Shown piece after piece: positions 8,117 to 17,775 of a stretch of DNA of 64,000 bases (positions are counted from its first letter, which is position 1; every line of letters starts with the position of its first letter). The notes beneath the pieces are model-generated. The model was not told where the DNA came from. It worked only from the letters and a program-made list of their open reading frames with translations, and did not search any database. Location of the stretch: NCBI GenBank assembly GCA_017443895.1, contig JAFSXU010000053.1:40802-104801 (forward strand), in the 5' to 3' direction. The translations under genes and the position numbers were made by a program. Source of the stretch: Clostridia bacterium. Its GTDB lineage: Bacteria > Bacillota > Clostridia > UBA1381.

Positions 8117-11100
8117 GTGAAAAAGCTGTTATCTGTAATATTATCAATTTCAATCCTTACGGCTCTGGCTCCCTGCACAATTGCTGCCCAAGCCGCAGAC
8201 AATAACGCCAATCAAAATCAAATAAAAAACATAATTTATCTTATTCCCGACGGAGGCGGTTACGGACCTTATGATTTTGCCAATATGGTAAAGGTTGCGG
8301 GCGGATTTAACGAAGAAAAATTCCCAAACAAAACCCCTACCGATACAGAGCCGATGAGTATGCGTGCATGTCTTGCAGGAAGTATGACAACCGCATCCGC
8401 ATCAAGCTCAGTTACCGACTCTGCCGCAGCAGGAACAGCTATGGCTACAGGTTATAAAACCATAAACGGTTTTGTGGGCATTGACAAAAACCTCGTTCCC
8501 AAAGCCAACCTTGTTGAGGCTGCCGAATCTGTAGGTAAGGCAACGGGAATTATTTCTACATATCATTGGTCGCACGCAACACCTGCCACATTCACAGCTC
8601 ACGCAACGGACAGAGGCGATGATTATAATATCTATCAGCAGATAGAAAACAAAGGGCTTGAGGTAGTGCTTGGTGTGGGCTACGGTATGGTATCGCAATA
8701 TGCAACCATACAAAACGCCATAGACAACGGATATACTGTTGTTGAAACAAAGGATGATTTATTAAATGTCAAACCAGGCGACAAAATTTGGGGAAACATC
8801 GCAGAAAAGAATTATCCCTATGATACGCACTTAGGCAAGACACAGGCAACCCTTGCGGAAATGACAAGCGGTGCAATTCGGGCACTTTCGGGAGATCCCG
8901 ACGGTTTCTTCCTTATGGTTGAGGGCGGAAAGGTTGATACAGGCGGACATTCAAACAGCGCTCTTGTAACAACCAGCGAATATCTCGCCTTTGATGCGGC
9001 TTTTAAGGTTGCATTGGACTTTGCAAAAAGCCGTACAGACACAGTTGTAGTCTGCGGTCCCGACCACGACACGGGCGGAATGATTATACCCGACAACCCC
9101 GAAACGGCAGTTTCAGAGGTAATGGACGGAACAGAACCGACAAGCATTTCCTGGACAACGGCAAGCCACACAGGTCAGAATGTAGGAGTATGGGTTTATG
9201 CTCCTGAGGGTGTGGAGTTAATCGAAGGGTTAAATCCCGTTACGGGTGACACTCAAAGCACTCGTGAGGATTATATAATTGATAATACGGCTATTGCGCC
9301 CTGGTGCGCCGATTTTATGGGCGTTAATCTCGACGCTTTATCGGAGGAGCTTTTTGTGAGTGTGTCAAATATCGGAAAATACAGCTCCATTACAAAAAAA
9401 TTTACCTTCAATAACGGCGATAAATATGTATACAGCAATCAGGACGAATACTTTAAAGACGGCGAAAAAATTTCCACAAACGGAAAGACTGCCTTTCAGA
9501 TAAATAATAATTTCTATGTTCCTGCCGAAATGGTGGACAAAGAGGACTGGAATTATGTAACGGAGGTGGAAGCAGGCGACGGCATAACGGGAAAAGGTAC
9601 GGCTTCGGATCCGTATATACTTGACGATGCTTATGACTTTATGGAATTTACAGGTAATATGATTTCGGGAATGAGCTACAAGGGTAAATACATCCGTCAG
9701 ACAAAGGATATTGACTTAACAGCCTTTTCCGATTACCACGGTATCGGCGACGGCGCCACTTTTGCAGGCATATATGACGGAAACGGCAAGAAGATAACCG
9801 TTTCTATAGCATCGGATGCGGATGTTTCCGTGTTCCCCAAGGTAACAGGCGTGCTTATGAATGTGGGTACGGAGGGGACAATTATGTGCACAAAAAGCGA
9901 TGGTTATGCATCGGGTGTGGCATATTATGTAGGCACAGGCGGAAAAATAATAAACTGCTACTCCAATGCGACTATTAAATCATTGTATGCCGCAGGAGGT
10001 ATTACAACATATAACTTCGGTTTGGTCGGAAACTGTTCCTTCTGCGGAGCATTAAGCGGTAGAGCAAGCGTTCCTATAGGAATGGCACGAGGCGATGCAT
10101 ACGAGTTTGTGGAATGTTATTACTTAAAAGGTGTAGGCACTACTTCATTGGATGTAGGCACTGCAACAACCGTAACACAGGCAAAAACTCAATTAGCCGA
10201 TAAGTTAAATTCTAACCGCAAGGGAGCGGCGGCTAAGCTCGGCTACAGCGCCGGCCTTATGTCTTATTGGACTAATGATAACGGCTATCCTGAGCACTAT
10301 GTTCCAAGCCCGACTGTTGATAATATAAGCATAACTCCGCAGGGTGCGGTTGTGGACAAGGGCGACGGCATTTTGCTCTCGGCAACGGTAACAGGTCAGT
10401 TTAATCCCTCAACTGAGGTTACCTGGTCAATTGAGGGCGATGTTTTGGAGGGAACAACCATTGCCTCGGACGGCTTCCTTGTAATAGACAAAAACGAAAC
10501 AGCAACCTCATTTGGTGTTATGGCAAAGTCTAAGCAAGACGGCGGTAAGGCTGCCACTGTAACTATAACTGTAGGTGAAAACACAATTTCCGAGCCTGAC
10601 GGCACTCGCGCCCGTCCGTATTTAATTCAAACAGAAAACGATTTTAAGGCGCTTTGTGACGGTATAACTTCGGGAAATGATTATTCGGGGCTTTATTTCA
10701 GGCAGACAAAAAACATAGATTTAGCAGATTTTAAAGGCTATAACGGTCTTGACAGCAACAAAGTGTTTGCAGGATTTTATGACGGCGCAGGATATACCGT
10801 AAATATTGATATTGTATCAGATACGGACAACTGCTTATTCCCAAGCGTATCGGGAACTGTAATAAACCTGGGCGTAACGGGAAGTGTTAAAAACAAATCC
10901 GTAGCAGGAGCTATATGTTCAACGGTAGCAGAGAACGGAAAGATTGTCAACTGCTGGTCAAATGCATATATAGAGGGTATCAATCCCGGAGGTATTGCTT
11001 CAAACAACCTCGGAACAGTTGCCTCTTGCTTCTTCTTTGGAGAACTAAACGCAAGCTCGGGCAAGGCTTGTGATATTGCAGGTATTGCGCAAAACTCTGT

Positions 11101-11536
11101 AAACCGCAATAACTTCTATATCGGTAACGAATATGTAGAAAGCTCACACAACAGCCAGGTAACAGCTTCTCAGCTAAAAGACGAGATTTCAGGCCTGATA
11201 AATTTGGAGCTTTCAGATACAGCAAAATTCACAAAATTACCAATAAGCGGATTTTCAACCTGGTACTATGCAGACGGAATTTTAAGCTTTGCAAAGGACA
11301 ACACAATGAGTGTTGCCCCCTCCATGACAGTATCCCTTGACGGGAATACAAGCATAGGCACGGTTTATGCAATAATGTATAATGCCGACGGAACACTTTG
11401 CGCAGTTAAGGAATATAAGGCGTCGCAGAATGTTCAAGTTAAATTTGATGCCAATGCAAAAGGCGCATATGTAAAAATAATGTGGTGGCACGGAAATATG
11501 TATCCGATGTGCGCTCCGCAAAAAATTTCTTTATAA
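8117..11536 (+). CDS. secreted alkaline phosphatase fused to two GLUG-type beta-helix modules and a Big_2 Ig-like domain (1139 aa)
   Basis: GTG start with a GGAGG RBS, then a signal peptide. PhoA motifs IPDGGG, VTDSAAAGTAMATGYKT (Ser nucleophile), VDTGGHSN, GPDHDTGG, ASHTG. Two paralogous modules follow (RQTKDIDL...FAGIYDGNGKKI and RQTKNIDL...FAGFYDGAGYTV). Confidence 0.85.
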   Translation: MKKLLSVILSISILTALAPCTIAAQAADNNANQNQIKNIIYLIPDGGGYGPYDFANMVKVAGGFNEEKFPNKTPTDTEPMSMRACLAGSMTTASASSSVTDSAAAGTAMATGYKTINGFVGIDKNLVPKANLVEAAESVGKATGIISTYHWSHATPATFTAHATDRGDDYNIYQQIENKGLEVVLGVGYGMVSQYATIQNAIDNGYTVVETKDDLLNVKPGDKIWGNIAEKNYPYDTHLGKTQATLAEMTSGAIRALSGDPDGFFLMVEGGKVDTGGHSNSALVTTSEYLAFDAAFKVALDFAKSRTDTVVVCGPDHDTGGMIIPDNPETAVSEVMDGTEPTSISWTTASHTGQNVGVWVYAPEGVELIEGLNPVTGDTQSTREDYIIDNTAIAPWCADFMGVNLDALSEELFVSVSNIGKYSSITKKFTFNNGDKYVYSNQDEYFKDGEKISTNGKTAFQINNNFYVPAEMVDKEDWNYVTEVEAGDGITGKGTASDPYILDDAYDFMEFTGNMISGMSYKGKYIRQTKDIDLTAFSDYHGIGDGATFAGIYDGNGKKITVSIASDADVSVFPKVTGVLMNVGTEGTIMCTKSDGYASGVAYYVGTGGKIINCYSNATIKSLYAAGGITTYNFGLVGNCSFCGALSGRASVPIGMARGDAYEFVECYYLKGVGTTSLDVGTATTVTQAKTQLADKLNSNRKGAAAKLGYSAGLMSYWTNDNGYPEHYVPSPTVDNISITPQGAVVDKGDGILLSATVTGQFNPSTEVTWSIEGDVLEGTTIASDGFLVIDKNETATSFGVMAKSKQDGGKAATVTITVGENTISEPDGTRARPYLIQTENDFKALCDGITSGNDYSGLYFRQTKNIDLADFKGYNGLDSNKVFAGFYDGAGYTVNIDIVSDTDNCLFPSVSGTVINLGVTGSVKNKSVAGAICSTVAENGKIVNCWSNAYIEGINPGGIASNNLGTVASCFFFGELNASSGKACDIAGIAQNSVNRNNFYIGNEYVESSHNSQVTASQLKDEISGLINLELSDTAKFTKLPISGFSTWYYADGILSFAKDNTMSVAPSMTVSLDGNTSIGTVYAIMYNADGTLCAVKEYKASQNVQVKFDANAKGAYVKIMWWHGNMYPMCAPQKISL

Positions 11537-11555
11537 CAATCAAAGAAACATAGAT

Positions 11556-11606
11556 GAGACGGTTTTAGCAGGCTTAATAAAAGCCCTAAACCGTCTCCTT
11601 CTTTAA
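11556..11606 (+). terminator. probable terminator of the phosphatase gene
   Basis: Stem GAGACGGTTTTAG/CTAAACCGTCTC, followed by only a weak T-tract. Confidence 0.5.
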
Positions 11607-11707
11607 TATGGAAATGTTATTTTTGGAATTTACAATTTGTTAATTGACACCTTGATATTTTGATGTTACACTCTGTATATAACATTATATCGGGAGGTAT
11701 TTATATT

Positions 11708-12415
11708 ATGAAACGATATTTAAAAGCAATAATTGCCGTAGCTGTGATTTCGGTGCTTTGTGCGTGTTCTTCAAAAACGGATGAAAAAACTGCCTCAAAC
11801 ACGGTTAATACATACCTTGACAGCATTAAAAGCTCGGATTTTGACAAGGCTTTGGGGGTTACGGATTTATCCTCAACCGACACTGCACTCTCAAAATATT
11901 CAGCGCTTGCCGATGATGCAATTGACAAAATAAGCTCAAAAATTGCCGACAAATCACCGCTTATAAGCGAGGATATAGTAAAGGCGGTTGCAAAAAATCT
12001 GGCGTCTGAATTTACAGATACCATTGACTACACAATAAATTCCGTCTCAGAAACCTCCGACGGTGCAAAGGTAAATGTAACAATTAGCGTTCCCGACATC
12101 ACACAGGTCAGCGATGAGGATGCAAGGGCAATTTTGGGCGATGTTTATGATGCTATGGGTATAGACAGCACCGCAGACCTTGTTGAAAAGTTGCTTGATC
12201 CGTCAAGTGAGCTTGATATTTCAACCGACAGCATAAAAGAGGCTTTTGAAGGAATGGGTGTGAGTGATTATGCAAGGCTTTTGAAAAAGGCAAAGGAAAT
12301 TTCAAAAACATCAAATTCTATACTCTCGGATTTACCTCTCACCTCTAAAAATCTTGATTTTTATTTACATCAAGACGAAAACGGTGAATGGAAGATATAT
12401 GATATTGCGGATTGA
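11708..12415 (+). CDS. lipoprotein of unknown function
   Basis: GGGAGG RBS. Lipobox MKRYLKAIIAVAVISVLCAC|SS. Confidence 0.7.
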   Translation: MKRYLKAIIAVAVISVLCACSSKTDEKTASNTVNTYLDSIKSSDFDKALGVTDLSSTDTALSKYSALADDAIDKISSKIADKSPLISEDIVKAVAKNLASEFTDTIDYTINSVSETSDGAKVNVTISVPDITQVSDEDARAILGDVYDAMGIDSTADLVEKLLDPSSELDISTDSIKEAFEGMGVSDYARLLKKAKEISKTSNSILSDLPLTSKNLDFYLHQDENGEWKIYDIAD

Positions 12416-12474
12416 TAACTGAACAAAAAAATTTCTGATACCCTGCAAAGGCTGATTAAATTTGGATGCAAAAC

Positions 12475-12540
12475 GCACCACACTCACCTGACGGCGTATG
12501 TGTATACTCCCGAGTGGTGAATGTGGTGCGTAGTTTTTTT
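12475..12540. repeat. terminator-like palindromic element, copy A (conserved loop GTATGTGTATAC...AGTGGTGAA)
   Basis: 14-bp stem GCACCACACTCACC/GGTGAATGTGGTGC plus a T7 run. It lies between convergent genes and is related to the element at 21062-21128. Confidence 0.65.
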
Positions 12541-12565
12541 AGGCTCTTTGTCAAAGGGGGCAACC

Positions 12566-13888
12566 TTAATCCAATACATTTATTATTGTTCCTATAGACG
12601 GTTTTGGGAACACATTTATAGTGTTATACGGCAATCTTTCGCCCTCTGCCGCAACATTTTTAATTTGCTCCGTCTTTACAGGATTTAATATGAATATTAC
12701 CTGGCACTCGTCATTTTGCAAGTTCTTAAATGCCTCATGTCTTGAATTTATACAGGTTACTCTGTCCTCATAGGTTTCATCATTGACATTTAATAAATCC
12801 TCTAATACCAGCTTCTTTAATACTACCGTATCAACTCCGCAATACGATTTTGATTTTTCGGGAAGAAGCGTTGATTTTATGAAATCCTTATCGGTAAGCG
12901 TTATTCTATAGAAATAATCGCCGCCGCAATACACGGCAATCTTGGTCTCCATTCGGGTTGTTGAGATTTGCTTTTTCATTGTATCAACAAGCTCTGTTTC
13001 GTCATTGTCAACAATTATCTTTTCAATCTTGAAATGGTCCTGAACACCCGCAATAAAGAAATCCTCCTTAAAGCCCCTTGGACATTTTACCTCTCTGTGC
13101 AACGGCATTATTACAAGTCCGTCGGAATTTGCGTTCATTAAGGATACAAGCGTATAGTTATATGCCTCATTACCCGTATGGTTGGGGTTATTCTCTTTCA
13201 TATAGTTTCTGTATCTTAAGCACGCCTCATATCTTGTCTGTCCGTCTGTTATGTACAAAGGAAGCTCCCTGAACTGATTAACTATAAAGTCTATTGTCTC
13301 CTCATCCTTTATTATCCAGACTTTTTCGTGTACGCTTTGCTTATCCTTGGTATTGAACTCAAAGTCCGGCTCGGTTGTGGCAATGCTATTCATAAGATTT
13401 AAAAGCTTTTTCTCACGCTCCATATACAAACAGCTTATCATGCTGATATTGGCATTTGTACACGAAATATTTGCATAATAATCGTTTAGTGATGTTTCGT
13501 GAAATTCCTCGCACGGCTTGATATTTCCGTCGTCTAAATCCTCAATCTCAACAAGAGTAATAAAATTCATATTTGAATATGTAGAGCCATAAACCGTCAC
13601 AGTTTGCTCACACATATAAATTGCCGGCTTATCCTCCTGTGCCATTACATTATCCGCAATCCAGTTTTTTAAATCCTCGCCCGCCCTTGTAAATCTGTTT
13701 GAGATATAACTGTCGTCCTCACGCTCTTCGCCCGAAAACAGCCTTACAGCATTATAATCACTCGTACCGTAAAGCCTTGTTCTTTGCTCATCTGTTAATT
13801 TATATAATGATGGGCATACAACATCGCCTATATCCCCAACTTTTTCTGTATTATATCTATAGCCTTTAAATGGTTTAATATTAGCCAT
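12566..13888 (-). CDS. DUF1015 family protein
   Basis: MANIKPFKGYRYN N-terminus and a length (440 aa) typical of DUF1015. The family call is from memory. Confidence 0.7.
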   Translation of the reverse strand: MANIKPFKGYRYNTEKVGDIGDVVCPSLYKLTDEQRTRLYGTSDYNAVRLFSGEEREDDSYISNRFTRAGEDLKNWIADNVMAQEDKPAIYMCEQTVTVYGSTYSNMNFITLVEIEDLDDGNIKPCEEFHETSLNDYYANISCTNANISMISCLYMEREKKLLNLMNSIATTEPDFEFNTKDKQSVHEKVWIIKDEETIDFIVNQFRELPLYITDGQTRYEACLRYRNYMKENNPNHTGNEAYNYTLVSLMNANSDGLVIMPLHREVKCPRGFKEDFFIAGVQDHFKIEKIIVDNDETELVDTMKKQISTTRMETKIAVYCGGDYFYRITLTDKDFIKSTLLPEKSKSYCGVDTVVLKKLVLEDLLNVNDETYEDRVTCINSRHEAFKNLQNDECQVIFILNPVKTEQIKNVAAEGERLPYNTINVFPKPSIGTIINVLD

Positions 13889-14088
13889 CTCTTACACCTC
13901 ACACTATATATAGTATACTATACTGCATTTTATAATATATTACAACATCAAAGCGGTTTAGTCAATACATTTAGCACAAAAATAATTTTTATTTTTTTTA
14001 AATTTTGCCTTGTTTATTTTATATCTTTTTTTCAGATAATATTATCATAAAAGCATTTAAATTCGTTTTTATATTGGAGGTGTTTATA

Positions 14089-14265
14089 ATGGGTAATTAT
14101 CAAGGATTTATTAAGGGTATCGCAACAGGTATGGTTATGGGCTCGGCTATAACCTTAATGGTCGAGCCGTCACGCAAGGACAAGCAAAAGCTTCAAAAGA
14201 AGGCTGAAGGAGTTTTCAGAAGTATCGGGTCTATGATAGATACGGCTATCGGTATGCGAAAGTAA
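14089..14265 (+). CDS. small YtxH-like membrane-associated protein (58 aa)
   Basis: GGAGG RBS then ATG at 14089. MGNYQGFIKGIATGMVMGSAITLMVEPSRKDKQKLQKKAEGV... Confidence 0.55.
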   Translation: MGNYQGFIKGIATGMVMGSAITLMVEPSRKDKQKLQKKAEGVFRSIGSMIDTAIGMRK

Positions 14266-14310
14266 AAAAGATAGCCGGCGTATTTAGCCAAAAAACGCAT
14301 AAAGGCATAA

Positions 14311-14344
14311 AAATGCGGTGTCGTATAAGGCACCGCATTTTGTT
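14311..14344. terminator. bidirectional terminator
   Basis: Stem AAATGCGGTG/CACCGCATTT between convergent genes. Confidence 0.7.
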
Positions 14345-14771
14345 ATTCTGTAGTTATAATAACCGCATATCTTTCCTGATTCCATTCAACCTTTTCGCCC
14401 AATGCCTCAACAACAAATCTGAGTGGTACGAAGGTTCTGTCGTTTTTAATAGTCGCCGTTACATCCAGTGTTTTTTCTTCACTGTTTACAAATGCCTTGT
14501 CATGGTCAATCTGCAAGGTTACAAGCGATGTATCATCATTCTTTTCTCTTACGGCATACACCGTTCTTGTATCCTGATCCCAGCCTACCGTTGCGCCCAC
14601 TGCCTCAAATATTGCACGCATAGGAACGAGAGTTCTTCCGTCCTGTATAAATGGGTTTACATCAAATGTCATCTGATTACCGTTTAAGTATACAGACGGT
14701 TCATTGCCTGCCGCAAACACGCTTGTTGACATTGCCATTATCATAGCAAGTGCAAAAATAAGTTTTTTCAT
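14343..14771 (-). CDS. copper amine oxidase N-terminal (stalk) domain protein, secreted
   Basis: Signal peptide, then QDGRTLVPMRAIFEAVGATVGWDQDTRTV and DRTFVPLRFVVEALGEKVEWN repeats. Confidence 0.8.
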   Translation of the reverse strand: MKKLIFALAMIMAMSTSVFAAGNEPSVYLNGNQMTFDVNPFIQDGRTLVPMRAIFEAVGATVGWDQDTRTVYAVREKNDDTSLVTLQIDHDKAFVNSEEKTLDVTATIKNDRTFVPLRFVVEALGEKVEWNQERYAVIITTE

Positions 14772-14844
14772 ATTTTATATATCCTCCAAGTATTAAATGC
14801 AAGGCTATTTTAACACAAAGCCCGTTTTTTTTCAATGCCTTATT

Positions 14845-15702
14845 CTACTGTGCCTGTCTTTTGTTGATAAAGAACATCACAACCGACACGCCTACAATTA
14901 TAAAATATCCGATAAAGCTATAGGCATTTGGCACATCGCCAAACATCAAAAATCCCAAAAGTGCGGTAAAAACAATTTGTGTATAGTCAAACACCGAAAT
15001 TTCCCTTGCAGGTGCATACGAATACGCCGCAGTTATTGTAAACTGTCCGCCTGCCGCCGCAATTCCTGCGCCTATTAAGGACAACCATTGATGCATGGTC
15101 ATGGGATAAAAATTAAATATAAGGTACGGCGCCGTAATAAGGCATGAGAACACCGAGAAGAAAAACACAACCGTCGGCCCCTTCTCACCGTTATTTGTTA
15201 CCTTTCTTACATATGTATAGGCAAGTCCTGCGCACATTCCGCCAAATGCCGCAATGAGCATTGCAGGTGAGAACGCACTGCCTCCGGGCTGAATTACAAA
15301 CAATGCGCCGATAAACGCAATTACTACCGATATTGCCTGATACAGCTTTACCTTTTCGTTCAATATAAAAATTGAAAATATAATTGCAAAGAACGGCGAG
15401 AGCTTATTTAAAATTGAAGCGTCGGCAGTCATAAGCTTACCGATTGCATAGAAATTACACAGCACGCCCAGCGCGCCAAAGCCTGCACGCATAAAAAGCC
15501 CGAAGGTGTTTTCCTTTCTCCAGCCAAAGCCTATACCTGATTTTACAAGCACGCCCATTGCAAGCAATGCCGCAAAAAAGTTTCTGAAAAATGTTTTCTG
15601 CACAAACGGCACATCTCCCGCAAGCCGTACAAATGCAAACATCCACGCAAACGAGAATGCCGATAAAATTATTAAAATTATGCCCTTTGTCTTATTGTTC
15701 AC
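14845..15702 (-). CDS. DMT (EamA-like) family transporter
   Basis: 285 aa, about 10 TM helices, two EamA-like halves. Overlaps the upstream gene by 11 nt. Confidence 0.8.
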   Translation of the reverse strand: MNNKTKGIILIILSAFSFAWMFAFVRLAGDVPFVQKTFFRNFFAALLAMGVLVKSGIGFGWRKENTFGLFMRAGFGALGVLCNFYAIGKLMTADASILNKLSPFFAIIFSIFILNEKVKLYQAISVVIAFIGALFVIQPGGSAFSPAMLIAAFGGMCAGLAYTYVRKVTNNGEKGPTVVFFFSVFSCLITAPYLIFNFYPMTMHQWLSLIGAGIAAAGGQFTITAAYSYAPAREISVFDYTQIVFTALLGFLMFGDVPNAYSFIGYFIIVGVSVVMFFINKRQAQ

Positions 15703-17269
15703 TAAAATCCATCTTCTTTCCGTTTTGTTTTACAACAGCTTCTGCAATCCGTATTCCGTCAACCGCCGCCGAGGTTATGCCCCCTGCATACCCTGCACCC
15801 TCGCCACATGGATAAATACCCGATATGCTTGCTTGATAGCTCTCATCCCTCAATATCCTGACAGGTGATGATGATCTTGTTTCGGGTACGGTTAAAACTG
15901 CATTTTTATCCATAAAGCCTTTTAGCTTTTTGTTAAATTCCGGCAATGCCTCTTTTATTGCACTAACCGCATAATCGGGTAAAACATCTGATATTCTTCC
16001 CCATTTTATGCTTGGTTTATATGTTGGAGTAATATCCGTCTTATTTTCACCGCCGTATAAATGTCCTACCGTTTCACACACTGCGCTGTAGTCTTCTCCG
16101 CCCATTACAAAGCCACGCTTTTCTATCTCCTCCTGGAAATACATTCCCGATAAAACATCATTATCATCAAAGTCTTCGGGATAGACATTTACCAAAACCG
16201 CCGCATTTGCATTTTCACCGTCACGGGCAAAATTACTCATTCCGTTTGTAACAACGGTGTTTTTTGACGATGCCGACGCTATAACCTCACCGCCCGGGCA
16301 CATACAGAATGTATAAACTCCCCTGCCCGACTTGCTTTTTGTGTTTAGCTTATAACTTGCATTTTCAAGACATTCCCATGCATTACCGTACATGGATTTA
16401 TTTATCATTTCCTGCTTATGCTCAATCCTTGCGCCAATTGAAAAGGTTTTCTTTTCCATATCGATGCTATGCCTTTTGAGCATACGGAATGTGTCCCTTG
16501 CGCTGTGCCCCGTTGCTAAAACAAGCGCATCTGCTTCAATTCTTTCATTTCCGTTTACAATAACGGCATTTAGTTTGTTGTCCACAACCTCAATATCGGT
16601 AAGAGTGGTTAAAAAGCGTATCTCACCGCCTAATTGTATTATATCCTCACGGATATTTCTTACCATATTAAACAGATTATCCGTTCCGATATGCGGCTTA
16701 CTGTAGTATAGGATTTCCTTTGGCGCACCGTGAGTATAAAACTCCCAAAACACCTTATCAATTCTTGTATCGTTTATGCCTGTGTTTAGCTTGCCGTCTG
16801 AAAATGTTCCTGCTCCGCCCTCGCCAAACTGCACATTTGAGTTTTCATCTATTATGCCGTTATTTGAGAAGTTCTCTACATCTTGTTTCCTTTCCTCAAC
16901 GCATTTGCCACGCTCAATAACTATAACTCTGTGCCCGTTTTGGGCAAGAGTCAGGGCGCACAGCATTCCTGCAGGTCCAAAGCCTGCAATTATAATCGGC
17001 TTTTCTGACTTTGGCATTTGGGGAAACACATACTCTTTTTTTACAAACTCGGATATGCTTTTATGCTTTTTTATAAGCTGTTTTTCATTTTTACAGCTTA
17101 TTACCACACTGTAAACATAATGAACATCGTCTTTTTTCCGTGCGTCAACAGACTTTTTTGAAATGGAAAAGCTTTGAATATCCAAAATCCCGTATTTAGT
17201 TTTTACATATTCCTCTAAATCCTCTTCCCGACTTTTTATATCGTAGCGGATATTTGAAATTTTTATCAT
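15692..17269 (-). CDS. FAD-dependent oxidoreductase (COG2509-type uncharacterised dehydrogenase)
   Basis: Rossmann motif IIIAGFGPAGMLCAL and C-terminal CGEGAGYAGGITSAAVDG. Confidence 0.8.
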   Translation of the reverse strand: MIKISNIRYDIKSREEDLEEYVKTKYGILDIQSFSISKKSVDARKKDDVHYVYSVVISCKNEKQLIKKHKSISEFVKKEYVFPQMPKSEKPIIIAGFGPAGMLCALTLAQNGHRVIVIERGKCVEERKQDVENFSNNGIIDENSNVQFGEGGAGTFSDGKLNTGINDTRIDKVFWEFYTHGAPKEILYYSKPHIGTDNLFNMVRNIREDIIQLGGEIRFLTTLTDIEVVDNKLNAVIVNGNERIEADALVLATGHSARDTFRMLKRHSIDMEKKTFSIGARIEHKQEMINKSMYGNAWECLENASYKLNTKSKSGRGVYTFCMCPGGEVIASASSKNTVVTNGMSNFARDGENANAAVLVNVYPEDFDDNDVLSGMYFQEEIEKRGFVMGGEDYSAVCETVGHLYGGENKTDITPTYKPSIKWGRISDVLPDYAVSAIKEALPEFNKKLKGFMDKNAVLTVPETRSSSPVRILRDESYQASISGIYPCGEGAGYAGGITSAAVDGIRIAEAVVKQNGKKMDFSEQ

Positions 17270-17442
17270 AACTGTTTCCTTACTATAGTATACTCATTTC
17301 CGGGTCTGTAGTATGGGCATTCTTTAAATCTGCCTGTTATAAACAGCTCCATTTCGTCCTCGTCAAGGTCCATTATACAGGTATAGCATTCGTATTCATC
17401 ATCATATTCATAGTTCATGCAAAAATCACAATTACTTTTCAT
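17266..17442 (-). CDS. 58-aa Cys-rich mini-protein (zinc-ribbon-like; DUF6472-like from memory), absent from the ORF track
   Basis: Own translation: MKSNCDFCMNYEYDDEYECYTCIMDLDEDEMELFITGRFKECPYYRPGNEYTIVRKQL. TAATG overlap with the upstream gene and ATGA overlap with the downstream gene. Confidence 0.6.
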   Translation of the reverse strand: MKSNCDFCMNYEYDDEYECYTCIMDLDEDEMELFITGRFKECPYYRPGNEYTIVRKQL

Positions 17443-17726
17443 TATTTACCCTCAATCGCATCAAAAAACATTTCATAAAAATCGTTCCAGCCATCAGGCG
17501 CCTCAACACCGCCTCCGTTTACGGAGCGGAGCATAGCTGAACAAAACGCATCGCCTGCGCTGAATAATTCGCCAACGGTTATTTTATCATAGCCAAGCCT
17601 GCTGCAAACTTCACAGAATGCGTGCATGGGGTATTTATCCTGTCTTGTTTTTAAAAGCTCCTCACAAAGAGCTTTGTCCGACATTGCCCTCTCCTGCAAC
17701 AGGGCAAGCTGTTCATGCATATCCAT
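17442..17726 (-). CDS. Nif11-domain-like small protein (94 aa)
   Basis: MHEQLALLQERAMSDKALCEELLK...FCEVCSRLGYDKITVGEL resembles the Nif11 N-terminal domain. It is followed by NGGG and an acidic/aromatic tail. Confidence 0.55.
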   Translation of the reverse strand: MDMHEQLALLQERAMSDKALCEELLKTRQDKYPMHAFCEVCSRLGYDKITVGELFSAGDAFCSAMLRSVNGGGVEAPDGWNDFYEMFFDAIEGK

Positions 17727-17775
17727 ATATACCTCACATTAAAGATACAGGCTGTTGCAAGCAACAGCCCTAAAT

